From Diplonema japonicum (taxonomy: Eukaryota; Protista; Euglenozoa: Diplonemea), in assembly GCA_964019335.1 (NCBI GenBank), contig OZ025672.1, forward strand, positions 496,001 through 560,000: a stretch of DNA of 64,000 bases. Direction: 5' to 3'. The position numbers and the translations under genes are program-made. The first letter of the stretch is position 1; the number at the start of each line of letters is the position of its first letter. The notes under the pieces were generated by a model that saw nothing but the letters and a program-made list of their open reading frames with translations, searched no databases and had not been told where the DNA came from. Of the stretch, positions 54,179 to 64,000 are shown piece after piece.

Positions 54179-54848
54179 TAGGCATAGTGGTGAGACGACT
54201 CGCACCAAATTCTCGCACATTCTCGCATGCGAGAATGATGCGAGAATTTTTTTTGGCTGAAACTTCAACAGGGAAAGCCAGGTGCCTGAGTGTCAAAATC
54301 TTCGAAGGACCTCAACAGGCAGTGCTTTGCCCCGTGGTGGGGCAGGAGTTCATAGACGGGTGGGCGATGTTGTGTTTGGTCGCAGGCACCACCAAGCAGC
54401 AAACACGCCTTCCCAGCATCCCATTGGTGGAGCTCGCGCGCATGAAGATACCGACACCAGACACGCTGCTGGCAAAGGGGCCCGGATTCGAGAAAGGAGA
54501 CAAGGAGTGAAGCAAAGCATCGAAAAGACCCTGTTGCTGTTAAGCACAGACTCCACCAGTGCCAAACATTTCTGGGCTGGTCGGATACTCAGAGGAGCCC
54601 CTCCTCCTTCACCTGGACATCAAGGAGGGTGAATCACACACGGGGGCGGACGTGAACGCACTGATCGCGTTAGTTCGGGAGGAGTATGAAGGTCGAGGGG
54701 GGGTTATTTTTGACACATGCACACCTGAAGTGCACACTAGCATGTGCGAGAATCGTGTGAGAGTGTGCGAGAATGCGAGTCGTTTTGCGAGAATTTCGGC
54801 TCAGATCTTTTTTGTGCGAGAATGCGAGTCGCCTGACCACTATGCCTA
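54179..54848 (+). mobile_element. Internally deleted hAT-like DNA transposon
   Basis: 26-bp TIRs TAGGCATAGTGGTGAGACGACTCGCA / TGCGAGTCGCCTGACCACTATGCCTA and subterminal TGCGAGAAT repeats. An internal frameshifted remnant (LLSTDSTS; LHLDIKEGESHTGADVNALIALVREEY) resembles the hAT RNase H-like core. Confidence 0.75.
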
Positions 54849-55021
54849 GGGCTATGCTGGCATGGAAACGCGTTTCCATGCACTTTTTGAAAAAAAGGGA
54901 AACGGAAACGGAAACGTTATGTTTCCTTAAGAAGGAAACGCGTTTCCATAAGAATTTTGAAAAGTATGGAAACGGGAACGGAAACGGAAACGTTTCCACG
55001 TTTCCTGCCAGCATAGCCCTA
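54847..55021. mobile_element. Complete 175-bp hAT-like MITE
   Basis: TIRs TAGGGCTATGCTGGCA / TGCCAGCATAGCCCTA; dense GGAAACG(G)/CGTTTCC subterminal repeats. Confidence 0.85.
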
Positions 55022-56247
55022 ACCTCGGAAAAATGATAGATATTCATCAGAAATGCCGCGCAAAACACAGAAAAGTTCACAATCGGACAATGTAAGACAG
55101 TACTCTGCCGTTCAAACGGTAGCGGCATCCTAAAGAGCCGCGTTCAAAGGGTGGAACAAACCATGGTCAAATTCTAAAATTTTCAGAAAACTCAGAAACT
55201 ACAGGGGAGACAACAGGCCAGGTACCAAACCGTGGTCCCAGTTTTAAAAATGCAAAATAATGATTAGTAGGTGCCCAAAAGTAAAAAGTACCGGGCGGAA
55301 ATCGATTTTTTGGTCGAGAAAGGGGCGTTTTACATGGTTTAAACGGCTCCAGTGTTCTGCATTTCCGAATTTGAAAAAACCCACCTTACCACCCCCATGT
55401 GACCCCCCCCCCCCCCCCCCCCCCCCACGGCCTCACTACATCTTCTGTGGATCAATACAAAATGGACGACAATGTTGGCAGAGAATGGGAAACATTTCCG
55501 GTTTCTTATTTCTTTACAGATATCTAGGGAAACCTGTTAAAATTAAGCAAAGAGTGAAAGAAAAAGGGGCGAAAAATAGAGAGAGAGAGAGAGAGAGGAG
55601 CAAGTGAGTTAAAAAAAGGGGGGGAGAGTCTCTTATGTTTGTGGCTTTTTTTTTTTAATTCACTTTCTTCTTTTTTTTCTTTTTTTTAATGGGGGGGGCA
55701 ATATGGAGGGAGGCAACAAGGAAGTTTTTTTTAGTTTTAATTTTTTTTTTTCCTTCCAATCTTTTTCTTTTTTCTCTCTCTTTTCTTTCCCTTCTTTCTT
55801 ATGGATGAAATGCAAGGGAGGGGATAATAAAAAAAAAATAAAATAAAAAGTAACGAGGGTAGGGACAAGAAAAAACTTTTTTAAAAAATAAAAAAAAATA
55901 AAAAAAGAGGTTTACAGCAAAAATGAAACGAAATACTGATCCTTTTTTTTTTCCTCCTCTTCTTTTTCATTATAATATCGGGCACCCTTTGTAATGGGTT
56001 TCCACTTTGTTTGGTGGGATTGGATCGCGATCCTCTCATACCCCCCCGTTAGAAGAAACGGCAAAATTAAGAAAATGATCCTTCCCCCCCCCCCCCCCTT
56101 TTCTTCTTTTTTTTCAGGGCCTTCGTTTTTCGCTAAACTCCCCAAAGGAAAGCGAGAAGACACACTTTCTGTTTTTGTTTTTTTAAAAGTAGGCCTGCTA
56201 CTCAGACAGTACTTTGAATAGCCCTTTTTGGGCACAAATCAAAACAC

Positions 56248-56280
<33 letters not shown>

Positions 56281-57177
56281 CCCGTCCCCTTCCCCCCCTA
56301 TCCCCCAATCGCCGATACTTTTTTTTATCATTTTTCTTCTTTTTTTTTCCCTCCCCCCCTTCCTTCTCTCCCTAAAACAAATCTCGGAGGTGAAAGAAAA
56401 AAAAATGGGGAGAAGAAAAAAAAAAAAGAATAGGAATAAAGATCACAAAATCAACGATCTTCCCCCCCCCCCCCCCCCTTATTCCCCTTTTTTTCTTCCC
56501 CCCCCATTCTTCTGCAGTGATGATTTTCTTCTTCTTCTTCTTCCTGTCTGTTCCTTTCCCTTTCTGTTCCCCTAAGAGTTCTTCAAGAATAGTCGGGGTC
56601 GCAAGTTAGGTAACAGAGTGATATCCAAAACAAGAAGAAGCTACTGCGTGCGACGGGGGGAAATAAGAGTACTTTTTTTGATAAATACAACTTTAACACC
56701 ACCCCATTATCGAGCTGCCTTTTTTTCTTTTTTTCTTTTTTTTTTTTTTTGGATGTTTTCAAACCTCCTCTATTTTGATCTCTTCTTCGTGTTGAAAAGG
56801 AGATCAAAATAAATAAATAAATAAAAAAACCCCCCAAAGCAGCTTAACCAAAGGAAGATCAAGAACAAGAAGTCCCCAGAAGTATTCCATGCCACGTTAC
56901 TACATGGCACAGCATGATAGTTTCAAAAGAGAGAGAAGAAAGAAGAAGAAAAAAAAAAAACAGGAGGGGGGTGCGTCGTACCTGGGGGGCTTTAAACTCA
57001 CCCCTATCATTAGTCCATCCGTCCCCTATTCCCCCTTTTTTTTTTTTAAAGCCCTGTCTTTTTGCAGTCGGGTGGAATAGAAAGGGTGAAAGGAGGGCGT
57101 GCGGGTTGCTAACGGGAAAACAACAACATTTAAAAAAAAAAAAATACCCACCCCCCACCCCCTGCTTTGCTTCAAAT

Positions 57178-60100
57178 CTAGAATACGGATTGCTTCCTCC
57201 GTACCACCTTAAGTGCGGCAGCGGCACCTCCGATGAGGACAGCACACAAGGCAACATTGTTCTTCTCGTCCTCCAAGGCCTGAAGGGCGTCGACGAAGTT
57301 GAGCCGTCCCTCTGAGATGGCCTGTAGTCTTTCGAAATCGCCTGTCTTCTGGGCCATGTCATGAAGGATCCCGTCAGGGTTGGCGAGAAGGTTCTTCGGG
57401 CTGTCGTACTCAGCACAAACACCTTGGTCCAGCACCATGATCTTTGTGGAGTCCATGATGGTCTGGAGACGATGCGCCACTGTCAAGACCGTGTAGTCTT
57501 TGAACTGCTCGCGCACCGTCACCTGGATCGCCATGTCAGTTGCGTGGTCAATGGAAGCAGTTGCCTCGTCCATCAGCAAGATCTTTGAGTTCTTCTTCAG
57601 CAGAGCCCTCGCCATGCACAGCAGCTGCCTTTGTCCTACGCTGAAGTTCTGCCCGCCTTCCACGACAGTCCCGTCCAGCTGGTCGTCGTGCCTCTCGATC
57701 CTGTCAGTCAGGCTTACCTGCTTCAGCCTGTCCCAGATCTCCGAGTCCTTGTTCGCGTCAAACGGGTCCAAGTTGGACCTCACGGACCCCTGGAACAGCA
57801 CAGGGTCCTGAGGGATCATCGACAGCGATGAGCGGAGGTCGTCAAGACGCACCGTCCTGATGTCCCTCCCGCCTATGGAGATGGAGCCACCAGCGATCTC
57901 CACGAACCTGAACAGCGCAAGCATAAGCGTCGACTTCCCTGCACCAGTGCGCCCTACAATACCCACCTGTTTTATTTTATTTTTTTTCCTCTCGCTTTTG
58001 CATACCTTGTCCCTGTTCTGGATCACAAGACCCGACTCTCCGCCAAGACCCTTCAGCACCAAAGGCAGGCCAGGGCGGTACCTGAACGTCACATTCTTGA
58101 AAACAACCTGTGGTGGTGCATCGCGGTTTATGTTGGCACACCTCTCCGTTGGCGGGCCATCCCTTGACAAGGTCTGGTGCTGTGGTTCTTGAGTACTCTC
58201 CCTTCTTCACCGTCATCTCCACCTGTTTGTCTTCGGTGGGAACGTAGGCTTGCACTGTGCCGCTCGGGTTGATGTCACGCACGATGGCAAGACGGTCGTC
58301 CGTGTTGTGGAGCAGCTGCTTGCCGCGGATGATGAGCTCGTCGTCAGGTGTAGAGTTGGTGTAGTCCAGCACGGGTTCCTGTGGTGTTTTGATTGTGATA
58401 TGCTTGCTACCTGTTCGATCTCTTCTGTGAACTCTACGATCCTCTCCACGCCGTTCATCTGCGCCTCAAGGTCGGCCACCTGGCGCACAAGGAAGTTCAG
58501 CTGCCCCGTCAAATTCAACGAGTACGTGATCCCCAGCGAGAGCAAACCGGTTGAGCTGCTGTTTGACAGCCCAGACTTCTTCGTTACGACGGCCATGAGC
58601 GCAGTGCTGCAGCAGATGATGTTCCCAAGAAGCTCCAACCTGATAGCCAACCACCTGTTGCAGGCTAAGTTACTGAAGGATGTCCTTGTGTTAAGATCGA
58701 GCCTGTTCCTGTTCTCATCCCTGAATTGCGTGGTCACCTCGTACGAGTGGATGGTTTTCATGCCGTTCAGCGTCTCAGTGAAGTGCTGGAAGATGGGTGA
58801 CTTGCTGATGGAGTCGAGCCTCTTGGTCTCTCTGTTGCTCCTGATGAACTTTTTAAGCACAGAAACGTAAATAACAGAGGCGGGCACGAAGAGCCCCAAA
58901 ATGACAGGCTGGCTGGTAGCGATAATGATGAGGTATGCTAAGCAAGCAAGTGTGAGCTGGAAGAACGTGATGACCGTTGGGGGAAGCACGATATCCACCT
59001 GGTCGATGTCCTTCGAGAACCTGTTGATGAGACGTCCAAGGGGTGTCGTGTCGAAGAAAGCCATGGGAGCACGCAGCACGTTGGCAAGAAGCAGCTTGTG
59101 GAACTTCCTTGAAGCAACCTGAAACCTAGAGTACACAGTGAACCCTCTGGCCAGGTTGGCAAGCGACGTGGCCATGATGAGGCCAACATAGATGTACAAG
59201 TGCTCCATGGTGCTGAGGTCGCCGCCGATCACGTCAGCATCGCTGCCCGACGAGCTGGAGCCGTCGCTCGTGCTGTCCGTCCACCATGTGAGCCATAAGT
59301 CGCAGATCTGCAGCAGACCCTGGTTCAGACAGAACAACATCATCACGATTGCGAACCACTTCCACCCGCCAGCTGCGTGAATGTACGACAAGTACATGTG
59401 CGTCTTCACCCTACCCTGCGCCCTCTCCTCTGTCGTCGTGAGCTTCCCTGCGTCCTTCCCCTTTGACTTGTGGGCAGGGGACTTCGGCTTGTCGTTTGCC
59501 TTTGTAGACAGCGGCGGTGTAACAGTCGGCTCAGCGTCCATCTCCTCTAGTTTTGCTGCCTCGTGCACGGGGGTGAAGAATTCTGCGCCGTCACCCTTGA
59601 ACATCAGGATCTGGTCAATGACGCTCTGCTCGGGGGTGCCAATGAAGTGCTTGGCTACCCTGCCGTCCTTCATGAAGACCACATCATCGGCGTGCTTCAG
59701 GAACTGCATCTGATGCGTGACTAGGATCCTGGTCTTGTCATCGAGCTTGGCTTCGGGCCAGTCACCGGGCTTCGCGTGAGCAGTGCTGCCGATTACCTGC
59801 TTCATGAGCTCCTTGCCAACATGGGGGTCCACAGCGGAGAGGGGGTCGTCGAGCAGTATGATGTCCTTCCTTGCGTACACGGAACGGGCAATCGACACAC
59901 GCTGCTTCTGCCCACCGGACAAGTTGATACCCTTCTCGCCGATCTCTGTCTGGTCGCCGTCTTGGAGCTGCAGCAAGTCTGCCGAGAGCTGCGACGCGAC
60001 CACCGTCTCGTCATAAAGGTCATCGTCGTCCTCGTTGAAGAAGAGGATGTTGTTCTTGAGTGTCGTGTTCATGATCCAAGCCTGTTGCGGTGCGTAGGCC

Positions 60101-62013
60101 ACTGATTCAGGGATAAAAATCCCGTGGCTGAACTCACCAACCCTGCGCACTGTGCCCTTGGAGGCATCGACAGATCCCAGCATTGCCTCCAGCAGACACG
60201 TCTTGCCCGACCCTGTCTTACCTACGATCATGGTGAGCTTGTTCTTACGGATCTTAAGGTCCACGTCGGTCAACACGTCCTTGGGCACAAGCTTGTATTT
60301 CTTGAACTTGCTTGCAGCCGGCTTGTTGGCCTTCCCGGGGCTGGGGCGCATGTCGACTGTTGTCTCCTGGATGTCACCATGGGCCTGCTCCCTGTTTTCG
60401 GGTGCCAGCTGCTGTTCCTTGATGGCAAGCTCGGGGATCGTTTGATGCTCGTAAGCATGGAACGTGCAGTCCTCCAGAACGAAGGCGCACTCGTCTTGCG
60501 ATGCCTCCAGTGGCTGGATCTCAATACCTTCGTCCTTGCTGGTCTTCGACTCGAGGAACAAGGTCAACCTATCGAAGGAGACCTTTGCGTTGACCATCAT
60601 GTTGAACTGCATAGGCAGCACAAGGAAGGGGAAGCGCAAGATAGAGAACAGGGCGATAGCGGGGAACACCGTCTCAGCGTCGATGTTGCCACCTGAAGCC
60701 GCGTAAACGATGAAGGTCGAAGCAGTCAGGAAGAGCGGAGTGAGGTAGATGATAAAGAACATGAGTACACGGTAGTTCTGCTGCGTAGCCAGCTTGTCAA
60801 CCTCGGAGTCACGGATGTCGTTCAGCTTACTCGCAAAGCGAGCTGTCCACACCATGAACTTCACAATCCTGATCCCGGAGAGGACCTCGGTCACGGCCTT
60901 CACACGCTGGTCAGTGAACTTCGCCATGTCTGCCCTCACACTCATCATCTTCTTCATCATCTTGCCCTGGATGGGCGTTGCGAGCAGCATGACACCGATA
61001 CCTGCGAAGAGGGAGACGCCCACCAGCCTGAAGAGCAAGATGCACGACACGATGATCTGGAAGGGCGCGGACCACAGCTGATGGATGCTCTGGATGACGT
61101 CCTGCGCACGTTGCGAGTCGGTGCTCATCATGTTGACGATCCTCCCGATGTCGAGATCGGGGTGCGCACGCGTCTTCTCATTCAGATTCAGGGCCTTGTC
61201 GAAGACAGCACAGCTCAGAGCCTGCCTCATGCGCATCCCCACACGGCCCACGAGGTAGAAGTACTGGTTGGCGCACAGGGACTGGATGACCTGCGAGACG
61301 AACAAGATGGCTACGATGATGATACCCTCACTCCATTCGGGGTCGTCCTTTTGAAGGAACCTGACGATGGCCTGGAGCGCGAGGGGGCCTGCGAAGACGG
61401 TGATGTCGTTCCCAAGTTTGTACATTCCAGCGACGGCAAGCTCGCCGAGGAAGGCACCAGAGAGACCATAGGCAACGAAGGGCGTCTTGGGGGGCGTGGG
61501 TTGCGAGGGTGCCCCCTTGATCTTCAGGAGGTGGGGCTTGATGAACGACCCGTGGCCGTCTTCGCATTCGAAGATTTGCTCGCCGTAAAACCACCCGTCG
61601 CCACCAATGCAGGTGTCGCCAAGGTCGGCTCTGCGCACATCGTCCCACGCCACCCCTGCGTAGTAGGAGTCAGGATTCACACTGTAAGGCAACCTACCGA
61701 TCCACTTCAGCACACCTTCGTTCCCGTCGTCGTCCTGCACGCGCTTCCCAATGAAGCCGTTCCAGCTCTTCGACAGCGACATCTCGTGGTCCCATGACTT
61801 GTCCCACCGTCTGGCCAGCGACGCTGACTTGTCGCCCTGAATCAACCGCAGCAGGTCAGGTACCTGCAACGCTTGCTTGTATCCTTGCTCCACCATGGGT
61901 GTCACCCAGTTGAACAACATTTTCGACAACAGGCCTGCAGCCTCTTCTTGAGGCACAAGGTCGGCCTCCTCCTGGAGGTCATCGGTTGCTAGTCTTTGGT
62001 ACTCACCGCTCAT
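57178..62013 (-). CDS. ABCC/MRP-family ABC transporter with CAP-Gly-like insertion (~1576 aa, 3 introns)
   Basis: TMD1-NBD1 (GKTGSGKT, LSGGQKQR, LLDDPLSAVD)-TMD2 (FFDTTPLGRLINRFSKD)-NBD2 (GRTGAGKST, FSVGQRQLLCMARA, LMDEATA). Removing introns 58379-58410, 58108-58141 and 57967-58005 restores EQ|EP, WPANGE|VVF and DK|VGIVGRTG. Confidence 0.95.
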
Positions 62014-62137
62014 CTTGCCTTGTGATTAACCTGAAATATATGTGTGGTAAGTTTTTTTTTTGATTTTTCTTTGGACGTTCTAGCAGGCTTCGCCTTTAGT
62101 TAGGAGGTTTGCTCCCCCCCCCCCCCCCCCCCCCCGG

Positions 62138-62390
62138 GGCTATGCTGGCATGGAAACGCGTTTCCATGCATTTTTTGAAAAAAAGGGAAACGGAAACGTT
62201 TCCACGAGCTATGTTGGCAAGAAACGGGGAAATGTTTCCGTTTCTTTATTTCTCAGATACTTAAGGAACGCGTTTCCTTTTCAGAGGAATGTGTTCCCTT
62301 CTTAAGGAAACGGTCCCAGAATAAGGAAACGTTTCCGTTTCCTTATTTTCAAAAAAAAGCATGGAAACGCGTTTCCTTGCCAACATAGCC
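62138..62390. mobile_element. Composite/diverged copy of the GGAAACG hAT-like MITE family
   Basis: GGCTATGCTGGCATGGAAACGCG ... GCGTTTCCTTGCCAACATAGCC, with an internal extra terminus GCTATGTTGGCAAG. Flanked by poly-C and poly-G. Confidence 0.8.
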
Positions 62391-63067
62391 GGGGGGGGGG
62401 GGTGCTCTTGTCAAACTAAATAAAAAAGACTAACGGGACAAGAATCTGTTTTCACTCATCTCCCCCCCCCCCCCCCCCCCACTTAGGAGGCCAGTTTCCT
62501 TTTTGTATTTCATGCTTCATTCTGTTGGTTAGGGGACCACACTAAAGACTACAGTGGTGCCTTCCATATGTTTTTTTTTTTCTTTTTTTTTTTCTCTTTT
62601 TTCACCCGCTTGCGGGGCACTCAGGAGATGAGGATGGGCTGGGGGAGGGAACCCTCCCTGGCCTTAACTTCTTGTCTCCCTGACTTCTTTATTTTTTTTT
62701 GTATCCCCCCTGTTCATCCCTACCATATGATTTTTATTTTGCAGGTTACCAGAGGAAACAGATACGGGGGATTCTTTTTTTTTATATACAGGAACTTGTG
62801 TAGATCGCAAAAGGGGGGAGAATAAGGGAAAAAAAAAGGGTAAACCCCAACACCCCCCCCCCCCCCCCCACCCACCCAAGGCGCTTGTGTTACAAAACAA
62901 ACCAGCAAAAAAGAAAATAAACTTGACGGAATTTTTTCTTCTTCATTTTTCTTTTTCTTTTTCTTTCTTTTTTTCTTTTTTTTTTTTTTTTCAAACAAAG
63001 TTTTGTCCTTGGCAGGATGGGTTTCGTTGTTTCTTTCTTCTTTTTCTCCTCCTCGTCTTTCTCTTCC

Positions 63068-64000
63068 CTACAGGTCAGCATGATTAGCCCAGTATGCTTT
63101 GTTTTCTTCTGTTAAATCAACAGAAAAATGCATCGCTGGTAAGAACTCCGATATGCACTCAAACAACGGCACCACAATGTAGTTCATAAAAGCAATTTGC
63201 CCCTTTGCCATCGCAGGTAGGTACCTGTCCATAAAAGGCGAACAGGGGAATCCCAGGTTCCGTTCACGATCACCTTGCATGTAGAACTCGTCCGCGATCT
63301 GTTGGGTTTCATGATTGACAAAAAAAAAAAATTCCTACCTGGTTGCACCACCCCAAGTAGAGGGTTTGTTCTCTCCCGCAGTTTGAGATATCTGCCATCT
63401 TAACTGCCATCGACAGCGCCAATCTGATGTCCTCTTTCTTTTTGAACTCGTGATCCTCAGCCAACCGCCTTTTGAATGTCCCTAGGATCTTCGCGTGCAA
63501 GCCCATATCAGTGGCGAGAACCTTTTTTTTTTCCCCTCTTTTTTTTTTCAAATCTCATGCATACCATCTCCACGATCGTCTCACGGATATCACGTTTCTG
63601 TTCGTCAGCGAAGCACTCGAGGATGTTGAACTTCTCCATCTTCATCAGCTCGAAGACGCTGGACACGTGGATGTTCTCGAGGATAGAGCGGTCGTTGAAG
63701 AGCGTCGCGAGGTACGTCTGCACTCTGTGTGTGTGTGTGTGTGTGTGTGTGGTGTGGTGTGATGAAACGCCCATACTTAATATGGAAATTGTTGTTGATG
63801 CCGGGGTGGTTGTAGTCGTGGATGGCAGCCGCGCACAGGGCAGCGAAGACGTCCTCCGACGCCAGTTTGCACGTCTGTAGTTGTGACAGGTGTAACAGTA
63901 TCAACAGTATCATACCGCCGCCAGCCCGCCTGTTGAGAGGATGTAGTGTGTAATGTGAAGCACGTCAGCCGCGTGCATCGAGTTGTGATATGGGTTCGGG
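63068..64000 (-). CDS. Class I cyclic nucleotide phosphodiesterase, 3' part (4 introns; runs off window end)
   Basis: NPYHNSMHAADV, AAIHDYNHPGINNNF, NDRSILENIH, VLATDM..H, KMADISN, EFYMQGDRER, QIAFMNYIVVPLF. Introns at 63875-63915, 63725-63776, 63522-63564 and 63299-63338. Confidence 0.95.

Noticed and set aside
53860-55010. CRISPR-like array (GGAAACG and TGCGAGAAT repeats)
   Set aside because: These are short, irregular subterminal transposon repeats without constant-length spacers, in a eukaryotic context.

Overview
Eukaryotic nuclear DNA, most plausibly from a euglenozoan, probably a diplonemid. This is inferred from the unidirectional gene array, MLRR-type mitochondrial presequences, APDT-mucin membrane proteins and a CAP-Gly-containing ABCC transporter. 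All 17 recognisable host protein genes lie on the minus strand: RPN6 (partial), a DnaJ/ARM protein, two membrane proteins, an IQ protein, a TM-RING E3, an FKBP-TPR, a fatty-acid elongase, dihydropyrimidine dehydrogenase, a PYROXD2-like oxidoreductase, a CaMKK-like kinase, a METTL9-like methyltransferase, a coiled-coil protein, a mucin-like membrane protein, BolA, an ABCC transporter and a cyclic-nucleotide phosphodiesterase (partial). Homopolymer-rich spacers separate them. I could reconstruct 19 very short GT-AG introns (32-73 nt, median 39). They mostly lack a polypyrimidine tract and sit almost only in the 3' half of genes. The plus strand carries three tRNA genes (Gly-GCC, Arg-CCT, Gly-CCC) and a retroelement cluster at 10.4-18.1 kb. 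The cluster holds a decayed RNase H-bearing non-LTR retrotransposon with a duplicated, covarying structured 3' module and a PDZ-like insert in its RT, then about 700 nt of highly structured non-coding sequence whose 3' half has tRNA-SINE architecture and abuts tRNA-Gly. Remnants of DNA transposons (hAT-like MITEs, Mutator, a Crypton-like palindromic element) fill 35-41 kb, 54-55 kb and 62 kb. The most notable items are the SINE-like/structured RNA system, the intron architecture, and an elongase fused to a prokaryotic/phage tail-fibre-type C-terminal domain. All calls are by eye; no searches were run.
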